Origin: Heterodontus francisci | Lineage: Eukaryota | Assembly: GCF_036365525.1 (NCBI RefSeq) | Contig: NW_027142325.1 | Location: forward strand, 248,001 to 312,000 | Reading direction: 5' to 3' | Length of the DNA: 64,000 nucleotides | Shown here: positions 1 through 12,975 of the stretch, piece after piece | Layout of the letters: every line of letters starts with the position of its first letter | How positions within the stretch are numbered: position 1 is the stretch's first letter | Position numbers and translations under genes: made by a program | Notes under the pieces: model-generated | Seen by the model: the letters and a program-made list of their open reading frames with translations, nothing else | Database searches by the model: none | What the model was told of the DNA's origin: nothing

Positions 1-3000
1 GTATAAACTACCCAAACCCCTCTGTTATATTCCAGCCTGTAACTCACTGTTATTTATCCATTATTCTATGTATAAACTACCCAAACCCCTCTGTTATATT
101 CCAGCCTGTAACTCACTGTTATTTATCCATTATTCTATGTATAAACTACCCAAACCCCTCTGTTATATTCCAGCCTGTAACTCACTGTTATTTATCCATT
201 ATTCTATGTATAAACTACCCAAACCCCTCTGTTATATTCCAGCCTGTAACTCACTGTTATTTATCCATTATTCTATGTATAAACTACCCAAATCCCTCTG
301 TTATATTCCAGCCTGTAACTCACTGTTATTTATCCATTATTCTATAAACTACCCAAATCCCTCTGTTATATTCCAGCCTGTAACTCACCGTTATTTATCC
401 ATTATTCTATAAATTACCCAAACCCCTCTGTTATATTCCAGCCTGTAACTCACCGTTATTTATCCATTATTCTATAAATTACCCAAATCCCTCTGTTATA
501 TTCCGGCCTGTAACTCACCGTTATTTATCCATTATTCTATAAATTACCCAAATCCCTCTGTTATATTCCAGCCTGTAACTCACCGTTATTTATCCATTAT
601 TCTATAAATTACCCAAATCCCTCTGTTATATTCCGGCCTGTAACTCACTGTTATTTATCCATTATTCTATAAATTACCCAAATCCCTCTGTTATATTCCA
701 GCCTGTAACTCACCGTTATTTATCCATTATTCTATAAATTACCCAAATCCCTCTGTTATATTCCGGCCTGTAACTCTGTTATTTATCCATTATTCTATAA
801 ACTACCCAAATCCCTCTGTTATATTCCAGCCTGTAACTCACTGTTATTTATCCATTATTCTATAAATTACCCAAATCCCTCTGTTATATTCCAGCCTGTA
901 ACTCACCGTTATTTATCCATTATTCTATAAATTACCCAAATCCCTCTGTTATATTCCAGCCTGTAACTCACTGTTATTTATCCATTATTCTATAAATTAC
1001 CCAAATCCCTCTGTTATATTCCAGCCTGTAACTCACTGTTATTTATCCATTATTCTATAAATTACCCAAATCCCTCTGTTATATTCCAGCCTGTAACTCA
1101 CTGTTATTTATCCATTATTCTATAAATTACCCAAATCCCTCTGTTATATTCCGGCCTGTAACTCACCGTTATTTATCCATTATTCTATAAATTACCCAAA
1201 TCCCTCTGTTATATTCCAGCCTGTAACTCACCGTTATTTATCCATTATTCTATAAATTACCCAAATCCCTCTGTTATATTCCAGCCTGTAACTCACCGTT
1301 ATTTATCCATTATTCTATAAACTACCCAAATCCCTCTGTTATATTCCAGCCTGTAACTCACTGTTATTTATCCATTATTCTATAAACTACCCAAATCCCT
1401 CTGTTATATTCCAGCCTGTAACTCACTGTTATTTATCCATTATTCTATAAATTACCCAAATCCCTCTGTTATATTCCAGCCTGTAACTCACTGTTATTTA
1501 TCCATTATTCTATAAACTACCCAAATCCCTCTGTTATATTCCAGCCTGTAACTCACTGTTATTTATCCATTATTCTATAAACTACCCAAATCCCTCTGTT
1601 ATATTCCAGCCTCTAACTCACTGTTATTTATCCATTATTCTATAAACTACCCAAATCCCTCTGTTATATTCCAGCCTGTAACTCACTGTTATTTATCCAT
1701 TATTCTATAAACTACCCAAATCCCTCTGTTATATTACAGCCTGTAACTCACTGTTATTTATCCATTATTCTATAAATTACCCAAATCCCTCTGTTATATT
1801 CCAGCCTGTAACTCACTGTTATTTATCCATTATTCTATAAACTACCCAAATCCCTCTGTTATATTCCAGCCTGTAACTCACTGTTATTTATCCATTATTC
1901 TATAAATTACCCAAATCCCTCTGTTATATTCCAGCCTGTAACTCACTGTTATTTATCCATTATTCTATAAATTACCCAAATCCCTCTGTTATATTCCAGC
2001 CTGTAACTCACTGTTATTTATCCATTATTCTATAAACTACCCAAATCCCTCTGTTATATTCCAGCCTGTAACTCACTGTTATTTATCCATTATTCTATAA
2101 ATTACCCAAATCCCTCTGTTATATTCCAGCCTGTAACTCACCGTTATTTATCCATTATTCTATAAATTACCCAAATCCCTCTGTTATATTACAGCCTGTA
2201 ACTCACTGTTATTTATCCATTATTCTATAAATTACCCAAATCCCTCTGTTATATTCCGGCCTGTAACTCACCGTTATTTATCCATTATTCTATAAATTAC
2301 CCAAATCCCTCTGTTATATTCCGGCCTGTAACTCACCGTTATTTATCCATTATTCTATAAACTACCCAAATCCCTCTGTTATATTACAGCCTGTAACTCA
2401 CTGTTATTTATCCATTATTCTATAAATTACCCAAATCCCTCTGTTATATTCCAGCCTGTAACTCACTGTTATTTATCCATTATTCTATAAACTACCCAAA
2501 TCCCTCTGTTATATTCCAGCCTGTAACTCACTGTTATTTATCCATTATTCTATAAATTACCCAAATCCCTCTGTTATATTCCAGCCTGTAACTCACCGTT
2601 ATTTATCCATTATTCTATAAATTACCCAAATCCCTCTGTTATATTACAGCCTGTAACTCACTGTTATTTATCCATTATTCTATAAATTACCCAAATCCCT
2701 CTGTTATATTCCGGCCTGTAACTCACCGTTATTTATCCATTATTCTATAAATTACCCAAATCCCTCTGTTATATTCCGGCCTGTAACTCACCGTTATTTA
2801 TCCATTATTCTATAAACTACCCAAATCCCTCTGTTATATTCCGGCCTGTAACTCACTGTTATTTATCCATTATTCTATAAATTACCCAAATCCCTCTGTT
2901 ATATTCCGGCCTGTAACTCACCGTTATTTATCCATTATTCTATAAACTACCCAAATCCCTCTGTTATATTCCGGCCTGTAACTCACTGTTATTTATCCAT

Positions 3001-5335
3001 TATTCTATAAACTACCCAAATCCCTCTGTTATATTCCAGCCTGTAACTCACTGTTATTTATCCATTATTCTATAAACTACCCAAATCCCTCTGTTATATT
3101 CCGGCCTGTAACTCACTGTTATTTATCCATTATTCTATAAACTACCCAAATCCCTCTGTTATATTCCGGCCTGTAACTCACTGTTATTTATCCATTATTC
3201 TATAAATTACCCAAATCCCTCTGTTATATTCCGGCCTGTAACTCACCGTTATTTATCCATTATTCTATAAATTACCCAAATCCCTCTGTTATATTCCGGC
3301 CTGTAACTCACCGTTATTTATCCATTATTCTATAAACTACCCAAATCCCTCTGTTATATTCCGGCCTGTAACTCACTGTTATTTATCCATTATTCTATAA
3401 ACTACCCAAATCCCTCTGTTATATTCCGGCCTGTAACTCACTGTTATTTATCCATTATTCTATAAATTACCCAAATCCCTCTGTTATATTCCGGCCTGTA
3501 ACTCACCGTTATTTATCCATTATTCTATAAACTACCCAAATCCCTCTGTTATATTCCAGCCTGTAACTCACTGTTATTTATCCATTATTCTATAAATTAC
3601 CCAAATCCCTCTGTTATATTCCGGCCTGTAACTCACCGTTATTTATCCATTATTCTATAAACTACCCAAATCCCTCTGTTATATTCCAGCCTGTAACTCA
3701 CTGTTATTTATCCATTATTCTATAAACTACCCAAATCCCTCTGTTATATTCCGGCCTGTAACTCACCGTTATTTATCCATTATTCTATAAACTACCCAAA
3801 TCCCTCTGTTATATTACAGCCTGTAACTCACTGTTATTTATCCATTATTCTATAAATTACCCAAATCCCTCTGTTATATTCCGGCCTGTAACTCACCGTT
3901 ATTTATCCATTATTCTATAAACTACCCAAATCCCTCTGTTATATTCCAGCCTGTAACTCACTGTTATTTATCCATTATTCTATAAATTACCCAAATCCCT
4001 CTGTTATATTCCAGCCTGTAACTCACTGTTATTTATCCATTATTCTATAAATTACCCAAATCCCTCTGTTATATTCCAGCCTGTAACTCACCGTTATTTA
4101 TCCATTATTCTATAAACTACCCAAATCCCTCTGTTATATTCCAGCCTGTAACTCACTGTTATTTATCCATTATTCTATGTATAAACTACCCAAATCCCTC
4201 TGTTATATTCCAGCCTGTAACTCACTGTTATTTATCCATTATTCTATAAATTACCCAAATCCCTCTGTTATATTCCAGCCTGTAACTCACTGTTATTTAT
4301 CCATTATTCTATAAACTACCCAAATCCCTCTGTTATATTCCAGCCTGTAACTCACTGTTATTTATCCATTATTCTATAAACTACCCAAATCCCTCTGTTA
4401 TATTCCAGCCTGTAACTCACTGTTATTTATCCATTATTCTATAAACTACCCAAATCCCTCTGTTATATTCCAGCCTGTAACTCACTGTTATTTATCCATT
4501 ATTCTATAAACTACCCAAATCCCTCTGTTATATTACAGCCTGTAACTCACTGTTATTTATCCATTATTCTATAAATTACCCAAATCCCTCTGTTATATTC
4601 CAGCCTGTAACTCACTGTTATTTATCCATTATTCTATAAACTACCCAAATCCCTCTGTTATATTCCAGCCTGTAACTCACTGTTATTTATCCATTATTCT
4701 ATAAATTACCCAAATCCCTCTGTTATATTACAGCCTGTAACTCACTGTTATTTATCCATTATTCTATAAATTACCCAAATCCCTCTGTTATATTCCGGCC
4801 TGTAACTCACCGTTATTTATCCATTATTCTATAAATTACCCAAATCCCTCTGTTATATTCCGGCCTGTAACTCACCGTTATTTATCCATTATTCTATAAA
4901 CTACCCAAATCCCTCTGTTATATTCCGGCCTGTAACTCACTGTTATTTATCCATTATTCTATAAATTACCCAAATCCCTCTGTTATATTCCAGCCTGTAA
5001 CTCACCGTTATTTATCCATTATTCTATAAATTACCCAAATCCCTCTGTTATATTCCAGCCTGTAACTCACCGTTATTTATCCATTATTCTATAAATTACC
5101 CAAATCCCTCTGTTATATTCCGGCCTGTAACTCACCGTTATTTATCCATTATTCTATAAACTACCCAAATCCCTCTGTTATATTCCGGCCTGTAACTCAC
5201 TGTTATTTATCCATTATTCTATAAATTACCCAAATCCCTCTGTTATATTCCAGCCTGTAACTCACTGTTATTTATCCATTATTCTATGTATAAACTACCC
5301 AAACCCCTCTGTTATATTCTAGCCTGTAACTCACT
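1..5335. repeat. Tandem satellite, 65-bp unit (~82 copies), with a 69-bp variant at the array edges; probably intronic and probably continues upstream of the window
   Basis: Unit tataaa(c/t)tacccaaatccctctgttatatt(c/a)c(a/g)gcctgtaactcac(t/c)gttatttatccattattc repeats continuously; the +4 bp (tgta) variant occurs at 1-290, ~4178 and ~5287. Confidence 0.98.
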
Positions 5336-5497
5336 CGTGTCTGATGTCTGTGTATAAACCATCCCAATCTGACCATATGATGTTATATCTGCTGTCACTA
5401 GATCACAATCAGTATATTGTCTCACAGTTTGATTTTGAAACAGTATTCTCTGTCCCTGTGCTGTTTTAATATTCTCGCTCTCTCTCTCTCTCCACAG

Positions 5498-5890
5498 AGG
5501 TTTCTGCTAATGGTTGGACAATGAGCACTGCGGATGATGTGAGTGTTGAGGAAGGAGGGTCCGCTGTCTTGCCGTGTACTTTCACCCACCCACACCCTGA
5601 TCAGACGGTCACCGGCTCTGTGACATGGTACAACCGCGATTCATGGGATTACAATGTTATTTTTAAGTGTACATATTCTGGTCCAGGCCATTCACAGAGT
5701 GAGCTGTGTGAGAATGTGAAACAGCAGGACGGCGGGAATCGATTCAGATTCGTGGGGAACTTCAGTAACAAAGATGTCTCAATAATGATGGAGCGGCTGA
5801 TCCGGGCGGACAGCGGTTATTATCGGTGTCGTGTGGAGCTCAATATTGGAAATATTAATGTACTGAAACTAACGAGTCTGAGAGTGGAAG
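5498..5890 (+). CDS. Exon: Siglec-15-like N-terminal Ig V-set domain (gene partial, leader exon not in window)
   Basis: Pyrimidine tract + cacag acceptor ending 5497; G|gtgagg donor after 5890; phase 1-1, 393 nt, open. Peptide GWTMST..AVLPCTFTHPH..W..IFKC..SELC..RFRFVGN..DVSIMMERL..AD.GYYRCRVE parallels human Siglec-15 as recalled (WSMQVP..AVLPCTFTHPH..VFRC..SELC..RFRLLGN..DLSLRVERL..AD..YFCRVE). Confidence 0.9.
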
Positions 5891-7202
5891 GTGAGGAACA
5901 ATGTTCAGGGGCTGCAGCTGCCCCGATAGCTCAATGGCTAAAGACTCCACCTGGTCTGGTCCTGAACCACATGGGTAAATAAACTCTCAGCAATCCCGGG
6001 CTTTGAAAGGGGAATATTGCCCGGGATTCCTGCTCCTGATCACTCTCCAGACACTCCTGCTGGAAGGTGTCTTATTGGACATTGAATAAGACAATGGGCC
6101 AGCATGTGATGCTCTCCACAGTCAAATAGTCCATTGCCACTCATTGACCAGGCTTGTGCTGTAAGGAAGGCCATCTGGGTGAGATCAGTAATAATATTTT
6201 AGGATAATGAGCTATTTCAGTTTGGACATTGGGTAAGTGCAGCATGTCCATCTCAGTCTCAGTGCTGTAGGCCTGCAGTGTCCAGCTCAAAGCTGATTGG
6301 ACCTGTTCCACCACTTCATATATTCTCAGTGGAGAATTGGCGGGTGGATCACAGGGAGACGATGTCAATTGGGTCATTGCTGCTCAGCTCACACTTCAGG
6401 GCAGTACCGAGGGAGTGCTGCACTGGCTGAGGTGCCATTAGCTGCACTTTAACCTTCCTCCGATGTTGCCCCGCACGTCGATTGAATCTTCTGGGCATTT
6501 CTGGGACCAATGGGAAATGATATTTAACCGAGACAAATGCAGTGTGATGCGGGTAGGTAGGATCAACACGGAATTCACTGAACATTTACAGGGAATAATA
6601 CAGAAAGTGGCTGAGAGAGAAAAGGATCGAGACTGTTAATGTACACACATCACTCAAAATTCACAACCAATGCAGTGAAGCCATTGACAAAACAAACAGG
6701 GCATTGGGTTGTATTAACAAAACCATTCAGTACAAGTCAAACCACTTCCCACTTTCTGCTAGTCTGAGAAACGTCCCTGACCTCTTACCCTCTGTTTCCT
6801 GTTTTGTCACCATCTTTCAATCTGTTCTGCTACCCGGCCCCCTGAGCCCACAATCCCTGGGATCTCCACTGGCTGAGTACTACACTGGGCAATGCCTCTA
6901 CCTACTGGACCACAGGGAGAGCTCAGAACTGAAATAAATTAAAGTTCTCATCAAGACCTGGATTTTGCTGCCTCACTGTGTGGTGGAGGGAGGTTCAATT
7001 GAAACATTTAAAAGGGAATTAGATTGAAATAAAGGAAGAATGTGCAGGGTTTTGGGGAGAAGGCGGGGGGAATAGCAGGAAGTGAATTGCTCTTTCGGTG
7101 AGCCGGTGCAGACATGTTGGGCTGAATGGTCTCCTTCTGCAGTGTAACAATTCTGTGATCTGTGAAGACACTGATCCATTCTAATGTCTGTCCTTTCCTC
7201 AG

Positions 7203-7553
7203 CTGCTAGTGGAAATGTCTCAGTGGTGACTGGGACCGAGGGAGCTTCAGTTACATTGCCCTGTATGTTCACACCCAGGAGTTACCGCACCCTGTCCACT
7301 GTTACATGGATGAAGAAGGAGCCCTACCAACACATAGTCACATTTAGAAACCAATCAAATGGATCTTGGACAACTGCAAATGGTGGAAATCGGTACGAGC
7401 TCATCGGGAATCCAAAGGAGGGAAACGCCTCAACCAGGATAAACCAGCTGAGTGTGAATGACAATCACACTTACCTGTGTCTGGTGGAATACACATCATT
7501 GGACAATTATCAACATCTGATCCAGACTGAGACACAGCTGCAGGTTGTACATG
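7203..7553 (+). CDS. Exon: second Ig V-set domain
   Basis: tcctttcctcag acceptor, G|gtaaga donor, phase 1-1, 351 nt, open; SVTLPC, VTW, RYELIGN..GNAS.RI..L...D...YLC V-set pattern; five N-x-S/T sequons. Confidence 0.88.
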
Positions 7554-7631
7554 GTAAGAAACCATTCCCACATTCTCCAGTGTATAGGGGTTGTACAAGA
7601 GGGTGAGCAGTGTAATATAAAACACTCATCA

Positions 7632-7935
7632 GCTGTGGCTCAGTGGTTATCACTCTCACCTCTGCGTCAGTCGGTTGTGGGTTCAAGACACTCCAATGCA
7701 ATACTGATGGAATGTGACACTGTTTAAGGTACTGTGTATGAGAAGAGATATTAAAGTAAGGCCTTCTCTGGAAGAGTATGGGAGTTGACCTAATGTCCTG
7801 GTCAATATTTATCTCTGAACCAACATCATCAAACCATAGTCTGATAATTATCTCATTGCTGTTTATGGGATCTTGCTGTGTGCAAATTATCTGCTGTGTA
7901 TCCTGCATTAAAACAGTGACTACACTTCAAAAACA
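7632..7935 (+). mobile_element. tRNA-headed Deu-domain SINE (SacSINE1-like), degraded
   Basis: A/B box-like gtggctcagtgg..gggttcaaga head; Deu-like gctgtttatgggatcttgctgtgtgcaaatt..acagtgactacacttcaaaa. Confidence 0.6.
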
Positions 7936-8650
7936 AAGTTCTGTCATTCACTGACTTCCTGGCTGACCTGCATCTTAACTCCATTTAATGAACTTGTTTC
8001 TGGAACCCTTCCTACCCTTGTCGAACAAAATCTATCAATCTCAGTGTTGAAATTTTCAATACATTCCCAGCATCAATAGCTTTTCCAGGGAGAGTTTCAG
8101 ATTTCCATTATCCTTTGTGTGAAGAAGTCCTTCCTGACATCACCCCAAACAGCCTAGCTCTAATTTGAAGGTTATGGCCCCTTGTTCTGGACTCTCCCAC
8201 CAGAGGAAATAGTTTCTCTCTATCTGTCCGGTGCCAGGGATCGGGACATCGGCTCAGGGCTGGAGAGGAACTTGCAGTGGGAGGGGGAGGATCCAGTTGT
8301 CATCATCCCCATGGGTACCAACAACGTATTTATAGAACCAGGAAAAAGGTTCTGCAAAGCGAGTATGAGCAGCTAGAAGCTAAATTAAAAAGCAGGACCA
8401 CAAAGGAAATAACCTCTGGGGTATTACCTGAGCCACGAGCATATTAGCGGAGGGTAAATAAGATTAGATAGTTAAATGCATCGCTCAAAGAGTGATGAGG
8501 GAGAACTGGGTTTTGATTTATGGGGCACTGGCACCTGTACTGGGGAATGTGGGAGCTGTACCGTTGGCACGGTCTTCATCTGAACCATGTTGGGACCAGT
8601 GTTCTGTTGAGTCATATAACTAGGGCAGTAGAGAGGGCTTTTACACTAAA

Positions 8651-11340
8651 AGGAAGGATGAATGAGAATGGACAGAGACTGCTTGAGTTGTGTACCTATC
8701 ATAACCTCTGCATCACCAACTTGTTCTTTCACACTAAACCCTGTCACCAGGTTTCTTGGAGGCACCCAAGATCACGTCGTTGGCACCAGCTGGACCTCAT
8801 CGTCACAAGGCGAGCCTCTCTAAACAGCGTTCAAATCACACGCAGCTTCCACAGTGCGGACTGCGACACCGACCACTCCCTGGTGTGCAGCAAAGTTAGA
8901 CTCAAACCAAAAAAGCTGCATCACTCCAAGCAGTAGGGCCGCCCGCGCATCAACACGAGCAGAATTTCTTATCCACAGCTGTTACATAAGTTTCTAAATT
9001 CACTTGAAAAAGCCCTTCAAAACACTCCCTCAGGGGATGCAGAGACCAAGTGGGCCCACATCAGAGACACCATCTATGACTCAGCAATGACCACCTATGG
9101 CAAACGTGTGAAGCAGAATGCAGACTGGTTTCAATCTCACTTTGAAGAGCTGGAACCTGTCATAGCCGCTAAGTGCATTGCACTGCTGAACGACAAGAAA
9201 GCCCCCAGTGAGTTAACATCCGTAGCACTTAAAGCAGCCAGAAGCACTGCACAAAGAACAGTCAGGCGCTGCACAAATGACTACTGGCAACACCTATGCA
9301 GTCATATTCAGCTGGCCTCTGACACCGGAAACATCAGAGGAATGTTTGATGGCATTAAGAGAGCTTTTGGGCCAACCATCAAGAAGATCGCCCCCCCTCA
9401 AATCTAAATCAGGGGACACAATCACTGACCAAGGCAAGCAAATTGACCGCTGGGTTGAGCACTACCGAGAGCTGTACCTCCAGGGAAAATGTTGTCACTG
9501 AGACCATCCTCAATGCAGCCCAGTCTCTGCCAGTCATGGATGAGCTGGATGTACAGCCATCAAAATCGGAACTCAGTGATGCCATTGATCCTTTAGCCAA
9601 CGGAAAAGCCCCTGGGAAGGACGGCATTACCCCTGAAATAATCAAGAGTGCCAAGACTGCTATACTTTCAGCACTGTACAAACTGCTTTGCCTGTGCTGG
9701 GATGAGGGAGCAGTACCACATGACATGTGCGATGCCAATATCATCAACCTCTGTAAGAACAAAGGTGACCGCGGTGAATGCAACAACTACTGTGAAATCT
9801 CCCTGCTCAGCATAGTGGGTAAAGTCTTCGCTCGAGTTGCTTTAAACAGGCTCCAGAAGCTGGCTGAGCGTGTCTACCCTGAGGCACAGTGTGGTTTTCG
9901 AGCAGAGAGATCCACCACTGACATGCTGTTCTCCCTTCGTCAGATACAGGAGAAATGCCGTGAACAACAGATGCCCCTCTACGTTGCTTTCATTGATCTC
10001 ACCAAAGCCTTTGACCTCATCAGCAGACGTGGTCTCTTCAGACTACTAGAAAAGATCGGATGTCCACCAAAGCTACTAAATATCATCACCTCATTCCATG
10101 ACAATATGAAAGGCACAATTCAGCATAGCGGCGCCTCATCAGACCCCTTTCCTATCCTGAGTGGCGTGAAACAGGGCTGTGTTCTCGCACCCACACTGTT
10201 TGAGATCTTCTTCTCCCTGCTGCTCTCTCATGTGTTCAAGTCTTCAGAAGAAGGAATTTTCCTCCACGCAAGATCAGATGGCAGGTTGTTCAACCTTGCC
10301 CGTCTAAGAGCGAAGACCAAAGTACAGAAAGTCCTCATCAGGGAACTCCTCTTTGCTGACGATGCTGCTTTAACATCTCACACGGAAGAGTGCCTGCAGA
10401 GTTTCATTGACAGGTTTGCGGCTGCCTGCAATGAATTTGGCCTAACCATCAGCCTCAAGAAAACGAACATCATGGGACAGGACGTCAGAAATGCTCCATC
10501 CATCAATATCAGTGACCATGCTCTGGAAGTGGTTCAAGAGTTCACCTAGCTGGGCTCAACTATCACCAGTAACCTGTCTCTGGATGCAGAAATCAACAAG
10601 CGCATGGGAAAGGCTTCCACTGCTATGTCCAGACTGGCCAAGAGAGTGTGGGAAAATGGCGCACTGACACGGAACACAAAAGTCCGAGTGTATCAAGCCT
10701 GTGTCGTCAGTACCTTGCTCTACAGCAGCGAGGCCTGGACAAAGTATGTCAGCCAAGAGCGACGTCTCAATTCATTCCATCTTCACTGCCTCCGGAGAAT
10801 CCTTGGCATCAGGTGGCAGGACCGTATCTCCAACACAGAAGTGTTCGAGGCGGCCAACATCCCCAGCTTGTACACACTACTGAGTCAGCGGTACTTGAGA
10901 TGGCTTGGCCATGTGAGCCGCATGGAAGATGGCAGGATCCCAAAGGACACATTGTACAGCGAGCTCGTCACTGGTATCAGACCCACCAGCCGTCCATGTC
11001 TCCGCTTTAAAGACGTCTGCAAACGCGACATGACGTCCTGTGACATTATTCACAAGTCGTGGGAGTCAGTTGCCAGTGATCGCCAGAGCTGGCGGGCAGC
11101 CATAAAGGCGGGGTAAAGCGTGGCGAGTCGAAGATACTGAGCAGTTGGCCGGAAAAAGAACAGAAGCGCAAGGAGAGAGCCAACTGTGTAACAGCCCCGA
11201 CAACCAATTTTATCTGCAGCGCCTGTGGAAGAGTCTGTCACTCTAGAATTGGCCTTTATAGCCACTCCAGGCGCTGCTCCACAAACCACTGACCACCTCC
11301 AGGCGCTTACCCATTGTCTCTCGAGACAAGTAGGCCAAAG
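8651..11340 (+). mobile_element. RTE-clade (BovB-like) LINE, 5' truncated, disrupted ORF
   Basis: NENGQRLLELC..SWRHPRS..WHQLD (EN end), FIDLTKAFD, GVKQGCVLAP, LFADD (RT), RWLGHVSRM..RIPK; 3' end gacaagtaggccaaag. Confidence 0.93.
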
Positions 11341-12975
11341 AGTGGGGGGAAGAGATCATGTGAGAGGAGATGTGGTAAATCAAATGAAAACGATAAGGTA
11401 ATAGAGCAGAGTGGCGAATTAAGTAATGATAACCAGAGTGTGGCAGGAAGGAACATGGCATACAAGCTTAAGAGTGTACCAGCAGAGAAGACCAGAGATG
11501 GCAGAAATGGTATAAAGAGAGAGTTAAAGGCTCTGTATCTGAATGCACACAGCATTCGTAATGAACAGTTGCTACACTGTATGACAGAGTATACAGGAAG
11601 AAATAAATGGGGCCTGTAAGAAAGGTACTGCAATCACATGGGTGATTTTAATCTATATAGATTGGACGAATCAGATCGGCAAATGTTGCTTGAAAAATGA
11701 GTTCACAGAGTGTATTTCGGACAATTTCACAGAGCAGTACGTTCTGGAACCAACTAGGGAGCATGCTATTCTAGACCTGGTAATGTGCAATCAGACAGGA
11801 TTGGTCATTAACTTCATGGTAAAGGAGCCTCTAGGTGACAGTGATTATAACATGAGAGAATTTCACATTCAGTTTGAAGGGGAGATGTGTGGGCCTAAGA
11901 CTAGTGTTTAAACCTAAATAAAGGTAAATACAAGAGTATGCCAGCAAAAAATATAAAATCAGACTGTAAAAGCTTCTACAGGTACGTAAAAAGGAAAAAG
12001 ACAAATGTGGGTCCATTACAGGCAGAGTCAGGACAATTTATAATGGGGAATAGAGAAATGGCAGAGAAGCTAAATAATTATTTTGTGTCTGTCTTCACTG
12101 AGGAAGATATAAGAAATTTCCCAGAATTAGAGATCCAAGGGGTTAGGGGGAATGAGGAATTGAAGGAAATTAGTATTAGTAAGAAGGTTGTATTGGAGAA
12201 ATTAATGGGGCTGAAGGTTGATAAGTCCCCAGGACCTGATATTCTACATCCCAGAGTGTTTAAAAAGGTAGCTATGGAGATAGTGGATGCATTGGTGATC
12301 ATCTTCCAAAATTCTATAGATTCTGGAGCAATTCCTGCAGATTGGAAGGTTGCAAATGTCATCCCACTATTTAAGAAGGGAGGGAGAGAAAACAGGGAAT
12401 TACAGACCTGTTAGCCTTACATCGGTCATTGGGAAAATGCTAGAATCTATTCTAAAGGATGTGATAAATGGACACTTGGATAATAATGATCTGATTGAGC
12501 ATAGTCAACATGGATTTATGAATGGGAAATCATGTTTGATGAACCTGTTGAAGTTTTTTGAGGATGTTACTAACAGAATTGATAAAGCAGAGTGGTATAC
12601 CTGGATTTTCAGAAGGCTTTTGATAAAGTCCCCCACAGGAGGTTGTTTAGCAAAATTAAAGCACATGGGATAGGAGGTAATCTACTGGCATGGATTAAGG
12701 ATTGGTTAACAGGCAGAAAGCAGACAGTAGGAATAAACGGGTCATTCCCGTATTGGCAGGCTGTGACTAGTGGGGTACCGCAGGGATCAGTGCTTGGGCC
12801 CCAGCTGTTCACAATATATATCAATGATTTGGATGTGGGCACCATATGTAGTATTTCCAAGTTCACGGATGACACAAAACTAGGTGGGAATGTGTGTTGT
12901 GAGGAAGATGCAAAGTGGTTTCAAGGGGATTTGAACAGATTTAGTGAGTGGGCAAGAATGTGGCAGATGGAATTC

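Noticed and set aside
1-5335. CRISPR-like array, or coding ORF 68-412
   Set aside because: Units are contiguous with no unique spacers and the context is eukaryotic; the ORF is just the 69-bp unit read in frame.
5891-5982. C-terminal extensions of ORFs 5521-5982 and 7184-7606
   Set aside because: Read-through past strong splice donors into intron; the ORF start codons are also internal or intronic.
5498-7553. Rearranging Ig/TCR V segments
   Set aside because: Each exon encodes a complete V domain through the G strand and ends in a splice donor; no adjacent RSS and no J-type FGxG/WGxG.
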